Source: Balamuthia mandrillaris
Lineage: Eukaryota
Direction: 5' to 3'
Assembly (NCBI GenBank): GCA_031835245.2
Contig: JAVKOQ020000046.1
Span: forward strand, 1 to 64,000
DNA length: 64,000 nucleotides
Made by a program: the position numbers and the translations under genes. Each line of letters opens with the position of its first letter. Within the stretch, counting starts at the first letter, position 1. Shown piece after piece: positions 47,674 to 60,107 of this stretch. The notes under the pieces are model-generated. The model saw only the letters and a program-made list of their open reading frames with translations. It was not told the origin of the DNA and did no database searches.

Positions 47674-49000
47674 GAGAGAGAGAGAGAGAGAGAGAGAGAT
47701 GTTAACATAAAAGCGAACACAACAAAAAAAGAAGAGAGAAAGGCCTACAATGCTCCTGAGGTTGTTTTCAACAGCAACGTCAAGACACCTTCTGTAACAA
47801 GAACGCAACTTGGTGGGGTACTCGCCGACCGGCCCAACCGTGTGCAATATAAACTTGGCGGGCAACCTGTATCCTCTCGAGATCTTACAGTCGCCGGTCT
47901 TGCAGCCTTTATGTTCGTAGCAGTTGTTGATCAGACAGTGATAAAGAATAGAAGAAGACAGAATGAAGAAAGACAAAAAGGAACAATGAAAGGAAGAAAC
48001 GACAAGAAAGAAAACGAACAAACGAACGACAAGAGAAGAAAGAGGAAGACGAAGAAAACAAACCATTCAATTGAAGACACTCCTCATAGAGATCATCTCC
48101 AGCAGCCCTATGAATAGCCCCATCGATGCCTCCTCCTCCCAGCAAGGACCTGTTGGCCGCGTTGACCACTCCATCAATCTCCAGCGTGGTGATGTCGCCC
48201 CTCCACAGGGAGACTATGCGGTTGAGCTCCGCGTCGCCCTCAAACAGGGCCTGGTCCGCCGGGTGCTTCTTCTCCTCCTCCTCGGCCTCCTCGTCCGAGT
48301 CTTTTCTTCTCCACCTTCCTCCTCCACCGCCCCATCCTCCAAACCCGCCCCAACCTCCTCCTCCTCCTCCTCCCCATCCTCCTCGATTGAAAGCTTGATT
48401 CCTTCCACCTTTGTTGGCAATGTTTTCGTCCCCGTCAGAGCTGTCGGAAGAATCGGATGAGGAGGAATCCAGGGAGAGGTCCTCCACGGGAGGAGGGAGC
48501 TCCTCGCCGCGCTCCTTGGCCTCCTGCTCCAGCCTCTGGCGCTCCTCCAGGAGGGCCGCTTTCCTCTGCCGTCTCTCCTCCCGGGCCTTGGCACGAAGCT
48601 CCGCCTTTTCCCTCTGACGCTGCTCCTTGGCGAGCCTCTCCTGCTCCTCCTTCTCCCTCTTGAGGCGCTCCTTCTCCTCCTTCTCCCGGCGCTCCCGCTC
48701 TTTCCTCTCCTTGAGGGCCCCCTGCTGCTCCTCCCAGGTGGTGAGGTCCTCCAGGCCGGCAAAGCGGTCGCGGCAGCGGTAGCGCTTGCGGCGCTCCTCC
48801 AGGGAGAGGGCCTCCTCCCTGCGCCACATCTCCTCCCTCGTGAATTGCGGCTCCCTTCTCCTCCAGCTCCATCCGCCGCCGCCGCCACCTCCTTTACCGC
48901 CGCCGCCGCCACCGCTCACCCCCCAGCCACCACCAAAGCCGCCGCCACCACCACCACCGCTCACCCCCCAACCACCACCAAAGCCGCCACCGCCGAACAT
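46107..49000 (-). CDS. MacroD-type macrodomain (ADP-ribosylhydrolase) fused to five C-terminal RPEL repeats
   Basis: Macro: [69 protein letters not shown]. Phase-1 intron 46957-47089 joins ..[14 protein letters not shown] in frame. Further introns 46621-46755 and 46376-46443 keep frame through five RPEL-like units. Confidence 0.88.
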
Positions 49001-49467
49001 TTATGGAATATGTTGAGTTCTTCTTTCTTTTGTGTGCTCTTCTTCGGCTAAAGAGAGAAGAAGCAGAAGAGGGAGAAGCCGGAAGGGAAGCAGAAGAAGA
49101 AGAAGAAGAAATGGAAGAACTGAAAAGAATTTTTTTTGTCTGAGCTTATATGCTTTCACGGAAGTAATTTAGCGAGATAAACAAGGGAGGGAAAGCGTTG
49201 TCCTTGGCAGAACGGAGCATAAAGGAGTGAAACAATGTGGACAGTTTTCCTCGCAGACCAGAACGGGGACGCGGAATAAGGACCCACGTATGACGTCACC
49301 GAGGGAGGACCAGCAGTTGTGCAGCTTATGACCACCTTTTTATCATTCCAAACATTCTTCACATACCGAAAAAGAATGAAATTTTGCACGAGGAGCCTTT
49401 GCATCAGACTTGGAAAAAAATTAAACGCCACAGAAGCTAGCTGCCAGCCGAGGGAAGCCCTGCAAGG

Positions 49468-52400
49468 ATGGATGCCTCAAGGAGTACTCGTCGTCCGTTG
49501 TTCCCGAATGCCACTCATCCCGACTCTGAAGAAGAGGTGAGTGCTCTCTCTCTCTTCTTTCCATCACTAAATTTTAACTTGATGTGGCCGTATCAGCAAA
49601 TACGGCCGCTGTTTCCTATTGCGAAAGATTCCTCCTCCTCCTCCTCCTACTCCTCCTCTTCTTCTTCTTCAGGCGCTGTAAACAGTTTTACTCCACTATT
49701 TCCCATCTTTCCTTCCACTTCTTTTTCTTCTTCTTCTGCCTCTTCAACCTTTTCTGCTGCTTCATCGCTGGCCCTCGTTTCAGGCTCCTCCTCCTACGTC
49801 GCTCCTGGTGGAGAGCAAGAGTCCCATGACTCTTCCCCCTCCGATGAGGAAAGGAAAGGAAGGCAGCTTGTGGCGGTGAAGCCCTCTTCCGAGAAGAGAC
49901 CCAGAGCTGCTGACTTTTTTCGCTCGGTTGTGTCGCTGCTCAGCAGCAGTGACAGCGAAGAGAGGGAAGAAGAGGAAGAGGAGGAAGAGCAGCGCAGAAA
50001 GCACAAACGAAAGACACGAACGAAAGAAGAGGAAGAGGAGAAGAGACAGAAGAAGAGAAAGAGAGACGACAAGAAAGGGACGACACGAAGAAAGAAGGAC
50101 AAAGAAAGAAAGAGAAAGAAGAAGCACAAGAAGGAGAGGGAACGGGCGAAGGAAAAGAGGAAGAGCAGAAAGAAGGTTGGAAAAGAAGAAGAAGGCAAGA
50201 GGGAGCTTACCGCTGCAGAGAGGGAGAAGGAATTGCGTTTGGAAAGACAGCTCGCTAAAGAGGATATCCGCAGAGCCTCCATGCGATGGCTTGATCCGTC
50301 TAAGTACCTTTTTTGTTTCTCTCTCTCTTTCTCTCTCGTTCTTCGTTCTCTCCTTGTTTTTTTTTGTTCTCTATTTTGTCTATTCTCTTTTAACAGTCGT
50401 TTGTTTGGTGTGAAAACAAATAGAGAATATGACAACGTGGAAGAACTCTTTGAGTACAACTTCAAAGGAGACCGAAACAACCTTGTCTTTGGCTACTTAT
50501 ATACACAGGACATTCCTCGCTACCATCGCAGACAACGGTTCTGCCTTGGGCTTCCCTCCAACGAACGACTCTCCGTGTCAAAGCATTTTGGCTATCTCAT
50601 CATCAACTTGGAAAATTCCACCACTCACAGCGCTCGATACTGCAATCCCAAGTTCGCAGTTGGGATGCCAACTTCCTCTTCTTATTCTTCTTCTGTTAAA
50701 GGAAAGAAAACAACAAAGAAGGACAAACAAGAAGGAGAAGCGGAGCAAGACCAACAAGCAGAAGAAAGCGAAAGGAATGGCTTTATTTCGTTGGCGGGAT
50801 ATTCGAGTGATGAGGAAGATGGTCAGTTTGAAAGTGATGCAGAGGAAGAGGAAGAAGAAACAGTGGATGAATATTTACGGAGAAGGACCAGAGAATATAA
50901 TGAGCAAACGCGAGAGCATCCTAAAGACATCAAACTGTGGTTGCAATATATTGCCTTTCAGGATGAGTATCAAGCTTTAAGCTCTCGAGGTTTGTTTCCT
51001 TTGCTGTTTATTCTTTTTCGTTCTTCTTTATGAAGTTTGTTGACTGTTCTCTTTGTTTCAAGGAGGAGCAAGTGCAAAGCTTGTGCTGGACAAGAAGCTG
51101 GCCATTTACGAGAAAGCGCTTGCAGCCAATTCAAATTCATTCGTTTTGCTTTCAGGTTACTTGCTAACTTCTGCCAAAGTCTTAGAGTACGTTTTTCTTC
51201 TTGTTCTTCTTCTTGTTCTTGTTCTTCTTCTTGTTCTTGTTCTTCTTCTTCTTCTTCTTCTTCTTCTTCTTCTTCTTCTTCTTCTTCTCACTTCTCGCTG
51301 TGTATTAAAAGTGGTGAGCGGACATTACGTCTTTGGGAACAAACTCTAAACGAGCATCCCGCAGACGTGAAACTATGGAAACTCTATATATCATTCCGTA
51401 TATCCAGTTTCTCCACATTCACCGTTTCAGAGATTCGCGAAACGTTCATTTCAGCAATTCAAACATTGAACGAACAACGTTTAGTCCTCATGATGTTACC
51501 AACGAGCGAGCAGAACTTAAAACAAGATGAAAGAAGAAGAACTGAGAGGAAGCGAGAAAAAGAGTTACGACGAATGGAACAAGCCATGCTGGAAGTCTTT
51601 GTGCAAGCTTGTTACTTCGAGAAACGAGCAGGATACTCCGAGAAAGCGATCGCCATGTTTCAAGCTTTGTTGGAGTTCAACTGTTTTGCTCCTGATGCGT
51701 CTTTATTGCTACCAGGAGCAAACGAAGCAATAACAGCTGCGACGGCAGAAGAAAGAAGAAAGAAGAAAGCCACACAAACAGCAAAGCAGATGAAAAGAAT
51801 GCACCAAGCAAAGTTAAAGTTCTTTGAAGCGTTTTGGGAGTCAGAGACGTCCCGTTTGGGAGAAAGCGATGCAAAAGGATGGCAAGCTTGGATAGAAGCG
51901 ACTATGCAAAGCTCAAAGACTGCAACAGAAACAACAACAAAAACGTCTATCAATGAAGCAAAGGAAGAAGAAAAGAGGAATGAAGAAGACGAAGCCGGAG
52001 GGAGCGCGTTTAGCAAATGGGCAAAAGAGGAAGATCGACTCGATTCTATATGTATTTTACCTCAAACGTCGAAGAACACACCAACACATCTTCTGACAGA
52101 TCCAGAAAGAGTTGTGCTCTTCGAAGATATCAAGCACTTCTTATTTAGCTTTGCTTTCTTGGAAGATGGCGAGCGGCTACTGTTGTTCCATTTTTTGCGA
52201 TTTATAGGGCTTTATCACGTTTCTCTCGACTTTGCCTCTACTTCCACGTCATTTCATACATCAACAAACAAAGAAAGCACGGAAAGAGAAGAAGATGACC
52301 AAGGAGAGGAAGACATTGCGTTTGCTTCGAGCGAGGCTAGACTAGACGTTACGGACCGTTTAGAAGACTTAAGTTCGCTATTTCAGATGTTGTCTGACCC

Positions 52401-53983
52401 TGTTGCGCATAGCTCAAAGAAGTCGACAAAGCCAATGAACGAAACAAACGAAGAACAAGAAGATATACTGAGGATGATACCCACTGATTTGGCCACGTGG
52501 ACCATTTTCGCTCACCAACGCTTTCGGCCTCTTATCAATGACGATGTCAAAGTATTTGTCAGGTATCTTGTTTTCTTTGTTTTTCCTTCTGTCATGATTT
52601 GCTTCACTTCCATATTGATGTTTTCCTTTCTATAGCAACGTACTATCACAAACAAGATCCGCCCTTTTTGCGGCCGATGACGACTTGGCGTTAGCTCACA
52701 TCCGTCTCATTGCCTCTCCCACCTACAATAACGCTTCTCAACAACAGCATTTAGAAGGTTTACGCAAAGGTTGTGCCATGGCAAAGTCTCTGCTCAGCGC
52801 TCAGCGCACTAATCTCGTTCTCTACCACGAGTACGCTCTTATGGAAAACGCGACTGGAAATGTTGCGCAAGCTCGCAAGGTTTATTCGATGGCCCTTACA
52901 ATGTTGAAAAGCTTATCAGAGGAGGCGCGTCGTCATACGTTCCTTTTGTTGCGCGGTTTTGCAGAGATGGAGTTTTATCGAATGGAAGGAGGAGAAGGAG
53001 AAGGAGACGAGGAGCAGAAGAGGGAACAACGACGGTTGGAGAACGAAAGACGAGCGTTGCATATTCTTTCTTCGTTAAACTCCGGAGAAACATTTGATGA
53101 TTTAAGCATCGTATCCTCCGCCCAGGGCTTGTTGAAGGAGGTTCCTCCCACAAAATTGTTGAAAGCCAGAAAGGTTTTTTTCCTCGCTCTGTTTTCTGTT
53201 TGTTGTCCTTTTTTCTGTTATCTTTCCCTACACTTTGTCTACTCCGATAAATGACATCTCTCTCTCTCTCTCTCATATTTCGAAAGGTTTTCAAGCAAGC
53301 GTTGCAAGCAGAGTTCGACAACCTACGTCCGAAGGATCATTTACTCGACGGGTCGATGCCACAGAGACTCAAACATATAGGTATTGCTTACGCCATCTTT
53401 GAGTACCTGGCCTCTGGCTTGGAGGATGCCTGCAACGTCTTTGAAACAGTACTGGATGGATTGGAACGAGGTCCCTCGTCGACTGCTCCTCCTTTGTTGA
53501 ATGTTAACACCGACTTGGAGTATTTCTGGATAGCGTATGCTTTTTGCCTTGTTTTATTTCTTTTCCCTCCTCAAACAAAACTGACTGACTCGGTTACAGT
53601 TACATAAGAATGATGTACAGACACGCTTCCTATCACAGCAATGTTCCGCCGGGAAGACTTCGCCAACTCGTCGAACAAAGAGCCCTCAAAACTTTTCCTT
53701 CTAGCCCAGTTCTACTCTCTCTCTTCATCAAAGGCGAGGCAAGAAGCAAGATAGAGAACCGCATTCGAAGACACTTTGACGCCGCTTTGGAAAGATACTC
53801 TCGTGAACCGTTGTTATGGTTGTTTGCGGTTCGTTCAGAAGTGATGCGACTCGGTTCTGCTCATCGCATCCGGTCATTGTTTGAACGGGCTGTATCTTCC
53901 GTTGAGTTTGAAAGGTTTGTTTTGTTTATTTTGCTGCTCTCTCTCTCTCACGCTTACCTTTGTCTTTCTCTCGCTCACGCTTA

Positions 53984-54018
<35 letters not shown>

Positions 54019-54344
54019 CCGCTATCAATACATATAGCTGCGCGGATTGTGCCTTGCTTTGGCGGTATTATATCCAGTTTGAGCTTCGCGAAGGCGAGAA
54101 GGAAGCCGCACAACGGGTCTACTTTCGGGCAATCCATCAAACGCCGTTCTCTAAAGCTCTTTGGTTGGATGCTCTACGCAACGACCTAGCTTTTCCTTCG
54201 GCTACTTCTTCCTCTTCTTCATTTGCACAAACTGCGATGGCTGCTGCCGAAGAAGAACAGACTAAGTTGGTGGAGCTCATCTTAGAAAAAGAGATTCGGC
54301 TTCGCAATGATGCCCTTCCTTTATCTACCAGTGCCAATGACTAA
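49468..54344 (+). CDS. NRDE2: NRDE2 homolog (HAT-repeat nuclear RNA processing factor)
   Basis: GDRNNLVFGYLYTQDIPRY, RTREYNEQTREHPKDIKLWLQYIAFQD, AGYSEKAIAMFQALLEFNCFAP, FWESETSRLGE, DPERVVLFEDI, RVYFRAIHQTPFSKALWLD, EKEIRLR. Confidence 0.9.
51190..51290 (+). repeat. Intronic (TTC)n/(TTGTTC)n microsatellite
   Basis: Simple repeat inside an NRDE2 intron. Confidence 0.9.
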
Positions 54345-54578
54345 TTACACATCTATCCTCCTCCTCCACTGGAAGAAAACAAAGTTTACCGCTTCAGCGC
54401 TTCTTTACCGCTGCACCACTTCCTTTGTTTTTTCGTCTTCTTTCCTCTTCCTCTCGTTCCATTGCTTCTTCAGCCAACCGACCACAACCCGCTTCGTTAA
54501 CGAAACTAGGATCTATCCAATGCCCTATAAAGGTAAGCTTAACGCCTTTTCGTTCACCAGCAGAAGAAAGCAACAAAG

Positions 54579-56327
54579 ATGAAATGGTTGGGCGACCTGC
54601 TGCTCCTCCTAATAATGTTGATGGTTATGGAAGCTGTGGCAGAGACGCAACTCTGCCAAGAGCTATGCGATTCACTGCTCAAAGAGGGTGACGATCAGTG
54701 CCTAAGCTTAACCAACTGCAAGAAAAATGGTTGCTTCAGCAAGCAACAGATGTGCAGCGTGTTGGATAAAAAACTAATTAAAAACTTGGAGTCATGCGCG
54801 AAGAAGAACGACCGTAAGTACTTCCTTCTAGTTCTTCGTGGATCCGCTTTGCTGTGGCGTGTTAACGTGGCAACTGCGCATCATCTGCGTTGCAGCCAGC
54901 CATTCGTCATGCAAACAGCTAGCCACGTGTTATGTTGGATGCAACGACAAAGTAACCAAGTTAGAGGAGCTCTGTGACTGCATTCTCTCGCGACAGCTCA
55001 TGCAAGGACTTGAAACATGTTACTCTGTTCGTTCCAGTGTGTCCTTCATCTTCTGTGTTTTTGTTTTGTTCTCAGAGTAAGGCTAACAAGCAAACACCTA
55101 CCACCGAAGCGTTTACACAACTGTGCAACACGTGTGGGAACGGCGTTCTTGACGACAACGAGTACTGCGATTTATCGGCACCCATCAGCAGCACAGGAAT
55201 GCACGTGAAATGTAGATCGGATTGTAGCATCTGTGGGGATGGGATTGTGGACAAGAGTCACGGAGAAGAATGTGACCCACCTGGAGAGAAGTGCAGCTCT
55301 GGGTGTACAAAGTTAAGAGGAGATGACGACGATGGAGGGGAGGAAAAGGAGGATGACGATGACAAAAAAGACAGAGGTACATGTAAGAAAGGCGAGGTGA
55401 TGTGCCCGAACTATCAATGCGTGAGAGGTAAAGGTTCCTGCCCACGCTGCAAAGAGGACCGCAATAGTTACGCATGTTGGGACGGCTCCTGTTTGCGATC
55501 AGCGAACCTCACGTCGTGCACCAGCAAGCCGCCTGCTCTTGACGTGCGCCCTACGGAAACAAAGGCAGTGGTTCGACGCGACGAAAGGAAGATCATCGAT
55601 TTAACTGGAAAGAAACAGAAGAAGGAAAGCGCGGACGAGATAGAAGAGCTTTCGATAGGTCGGGTGAACGTTCCTCCTGGAGCGTTTGTTATGGAGGAAG
55701 TCGTGCTGCAAGTGCGGGCAGTAGCGGAAGAAGATGCGAAGCAGTTTGTAGCAAGCAGCTCAGGAGGGGCAACAAGATTGGTCTCAACGATCATTGCGCT
55801 GGTGTTGACAGATGCAAATGACGTGCTGGTGGATGCTGCAACCTTTGCCCAGCCAGTTACTATCGAACTCATTGCGACGTTACCTGATGAGGCGGTAAAT
55901 ATTTTCCTTCTCTCATCCTTTTTTTTCTGTTGTTAACGTTCTTTCCTCTTGTTAGACAATAGAGAACGTTTGTCTAGCTTTCAACAGAGAGAATGAGGAC
56001 CGATGGGTCTGTCTCGAAGACACCCAGGTCATTTCCGAAGATCCTCTCACCCTGAGCGCCAACACAACTCATTTCACCAATTTTGCAGCGTTGCTGCACT
56101 CGGATAACTCGGGTAGCTCTCAACGCTCAGGCTCCTCTGGGAACGACAGACTCATCATCATCGTTTCCGTCGTTGCCGCGGTCGTGGCTGCTGTTGTTGT
56201 GATTGTTGGCATCGGTGGAGGTACCTTCATCAGAAGACGGATGCAACAAGCGGAACTGAAGAGAGAACTTAGTACGAGCGTTGTTCATTTTGGGGAACAT
56301 GATGCAAGAGATGACAGGCATCTTTGA
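54579..56327 (+). CDS. Type I membrane protein: signal peptide, Cys-rich repeats, GPS/GAIN-like motif, single TM
   Basis: MKWLGDLLLLLIMLMVMEAVA signal. CGNGVLDDNEYCD / CGDGIVDKSHGEECD Cys repeats. After intron 55895-55955: CLAFNRENEDRWVCLED..TTHFTNFAALL, then TM LIIIVSVVAAVVAAVVVIVGIGGG-RRR. Confidence 0.8.
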
Positions 56328-56416
56328 GAGAAGTTGTTCTTTTTGTGTGGTTTGTTGTTGTTATAGCGTTGCTTTTATTTATCAGTCTTTGTTTTCATAA
56401 GAAGAATAGGGATCAG

Positions 56417-59058
56417 TCAATCCAATGAATATTCGAGTGCAACACTGTACTTCTCTTTCTCTTTTTCTCCAATGTCTTCTTCGCTCGCTTTGTTTTCTTC
56501 GTTGTTTGCTCCCTCGTTTTCTTTCTCTTTCTCTGCTTCTTCTGCTGCTTCTTCTAATTTGTTCGTTACCAGTTGTTGTTGTTGACCTTTTCGTCTCCGC
56601 CAGTCATAAGCGAACGGCGATTGTCCAAAGTTAACTGTGAGCTTAACTCCACCCGTATGTAAGCCTATCACCGGATAGAAACCGGAGGAAGAGGAGTCGT
56701 CGGAAGGATGAACTCCCTCGAAAGCAAAGCCGATGAAGCCTCCATTCTTTGTGTAATATAGTTTGCCAGTTGTCATGTTCCATCCACAACTGCACAAGAG
56801 AGAAGATAAATGAAAAAAATGAAAGGAACGAAAAAACAAACGTTAACCACACCAAAAGAAAGCCTCAGAAGAACACTAAAACAAAAGGCAGAAAAAAAAG
56901 TACCCTATGACGTCGCCTTTGCCATAGAGTGGCCCAAAAGGATGACCGAAGCCTCCTGTTTCATGCGAAAACTTTTTGCCATCGTCTGCATTAAAGAAAG
57001 GCAAGTCATTGGTTGCATTGTTGGACAACAAACGACAGGAAGGAAAGACAAGTCATACCACTGTGATAGCCGAAGCTCCCGCCATCCCATCCAGGCATTC
57101 CTAATCCAGAATGATTTACAGGACAGAGCCCCAAACCTATTGCACTGTTGTATCCAACAACAGATAGAAACGTAAGAAACAAAGTTCCGAAGAAAGAAGC
57201 AGACAGTCAGTAACAATAGCCAAGATAACAATGAACATAAAGAAGAAGAGAGGAGGTGGAAGAGACCAATCCTTGGGAGCACTGTCCACCGTTATTTCGA
57301 AATAATAGAACAAAGCTAGTTCTTCAGCATGTTGTAGTATACAGCTGCGAAGAGCAGGAATCGGCACATCACTGCGAATCATCAACGCACGCTCCTTCCT
57401 CGAGTTCTTTGCAAAAAAGCCACCACCACTTATTTTTGTTAATGTTACAATCAAAGAACAACGAGTATAAGCAAGAAGAATGAAAGATTTGAAGAAAAGA
57501 AGACAAACTATTGAAATGTGAAGCTTAAGTCACTATTGTAGAGTTGAAACTCAGGACAGTTGTGCGGTTTAGCGAGGCGAGAAGGAAGGATTAAAGGTAG
57601 AGAGCCTAATGGAGCGTGTGGCAACAACGGACGCAATGTTGCTCTGATATAGGAGAGAGAGAGAGAGATGAGAAATTAAAAAGTGAATAGCAGCGGAGAG
57701 GGATTGGTATGTACAAATGTGCTATAAGTTCTCTGTACTCCATTAACTCCTGATTACAATGGTAAGATGAAGCAAACGGAAGGAGAGAACGGGAGAAGCA
57801 AGGAAAAAAAAAAGAATGCAAAAAACAAAAGATCGAGAGAAAAAGCACCGTTTGTACGGCATGTATTTTTTCCATGAGCATGAGGTTTTCCTTGTTTCTT
57901 CGCTCCACTTTTGCAATGCTCAGCCGACAGTGTTCTTTCGTGTTTTCTTTCATATGCTCATCCAGGTCGCCTCTTAATATCTTTTGTAAAATATGAGAAT
58001 AAAGGAAGATAAAAACTAAAACTAAAACTAATAGAAGCACGTGCATTCAACTTGCATCCTAAAGGAAAATAAGGACAAGGTACTTCCACTGCAGGACAGG
58101 TTTGTTGGGAGTGTTGTTCCATTTGACCTCGTTGTAATGATGTGTTGCATTTCTCACATTCGATCATAACCGCCTGACATTCGCTTTCTACATGTTCCTA
58201 TGTTGTGTTGTTAAAAGAAAAAAAGCAAGCAAGCAAGAGATACAAGGAAACAAAATGCCTAACACACAACAAGAAGAGAACAAGAACAAAAAGAAAAAGA
58301 AAGAGCAAAAGAAAAACAAAAAGAAATAAAAGACGTACTTGAAGAGACCGAAAAGGTACATTGAGAGAGCAATGAGCACAAGGAGAGGGACGAGCTGGAC
58401 AGCTCTCAGCTACGTGCTGAGCCAGTTCTTTGCGCAGCATTGTCTCGCATTCTTCTGGCAGCAAACTGCAGCTCACTTCCTCCCATTCACACGCCTTCAA
58501 ATGGTCTTTCAAACACCCTTTGTTTATCACTGTTGTTAGTCCCACAGAAATAGAACAAAAAAGAAAAAAAGAAAAAAAATATAAAAAGAAAAAGAAAAAA
58601 AGAAAAGAAAAGAAAGAAAAAAAGAAAAGAGAGAAAAAAGAACGAAAGAAAGAAAAGAATAAAAGAAAAAAGAAAAAAAAGGAACGAAAGAAAGAAAAAA
58701 AGATAGAAAAAAAAAAGAAATGGTTGACGTCAACAATATAGGCACGAAGAGAAGGAAAGAAAAGGAACGAGAGAAGAGAAAGAAAGGAACCTCGTGTAAG
58801 AAGGGTAGCGGTGCAGCCTTGTTCCTTGTGAGGACAGTCGATGGGGAGGTTATCGATGATGCGTTGAATGGGACGGTTGGCACGCAGCTGCTCGGCTCGC
58901 AGCGGCTGTCTGCAGGCAGGACAGCTGGACATGCCATCCTCCCCTCTTTGAAGCCACTGCTCCACGCAGCTACGGCAGTACAACCGGGAGCAACAGGGAG
59001 TCTCCACGACCTCCTCAAAGATATCCGAACAAATCTCACACTCCAATTCGTCCTCCAT
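56417..59058 (-). CDS. RING + TRAF-type zinc fingers + coiled coil + SPRY protein (putative E3 ligase)
   Basis: CEICSDIFEEVVETPCCSRLYCRSC..CPACR (RING); CPHKEQGC, HLKAC, HVAESCPARPSPCAHC, HSQQTCPAVEVPCPYFPLGC (TRAF zinc fingers); YYFEITV, GMPGWD..SFGYH, DGKKF, GDVIG|CGWN..YYTKNG, FYPVIGL..NFGQSPFAYD (RanBPM-type SPRY). Confidence 0.85.
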
Positions 59059-59405
59059 TCAGTTTAAGTCTTTTTTTTTTGTTTTGTTGTCTGCTTCTAT
59101 TTTTCCATGTCGTCACGATAAATTATTCATGTCGACATGATCAATTTAACAAATCCTTCGGTTCGAATCCACCCATCGACGACTCTTTGTTATCCACCAA
59201 CGATCCTCGCAATGAGGCAGAACAAGCATGCCACAAGCAAGAAGTCCGTGATGCAAACGGTAACGGTGTACTCAGAGCAACCTCCCTAGGGAAGAACGCG
59301 CTTTGAAGTCAAGAATCCCAGTTTCTCTGTTCCTGAAAAGAGTTCGCCTCAATAAATATGAATGAATTAAATTTTTGTTGTTGTTGAAGGGAGAGAACAG
59401 TGCGA

Positions 59406-59584
59406 ATGCAGACCGTAAAGCTGGTCGTGCTGGGCGATAAGGCCTCCCACAAGTCATCTGTCACCGTGCAGTACACGCATGCCGTTACACCCAAAGAATA
59501 TGATCCCACCAGTATGTTCATCTTGTTTTTAGCATTCTTTCGTTCTTGCTTGTAACCACTTTTTCTTTTCATTGTTCATACTTA

Positions 59585-59636
<52 letters not shown>

Positions 59637-60107
59637 CGCTTTGCAGTAGAAGACAGTTACTGGAAGGAAGTAATAGTAGAGGGCATTCCCTTTCGGGTCG
59701 AACTCTTAGACACTGCAGGGACGGAAAACAACATCGCCATGAGGGACCTTTACATGAAGAATGCAGACGGCATTCTGCTGCTCTACTCCATCACCTCCAG
59801 GGCGACCTTCGAGGCTCTCCCAGAGTACGTTGAGCAGACATTGAGGGTGAAGGACGTGGATGAGGTCCCTACGGTTGTGGCTGGGAATTGCTGCGAGCAG
59901 GAGGACAAGAGAGCGGTTACGAAGGAAGAAGGGCAGAAGCTGGCCGCCCAATGGAACGCCGGGTTCTTTGAAATATCGAGCAGGACCAACAAGGAGAGCG
60001 TGGATGAGGTCTTTGCTGAGCTGTTGCGTCGTGTAGCCACGAGCAAGCAGGCGGCACTCCACAAGCAAGGCGGCAAAGAAGGAGCAAAGAGGTGCATCGT
60101 GTGTTGA
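59406..60107 (+). CDS. Rap/Ras-like small GTPase with degenerate G1/G4/G5 motifs
   Basis: MQTVKLVVLGDKASHKSSVTVQY..YDPT|IEDSY..LDTAGTE..AMRDLYMKNADG..GNCCEQ..FFEISSR..KRCIVC*; intron 59512-59646. Confidence 0.88.
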
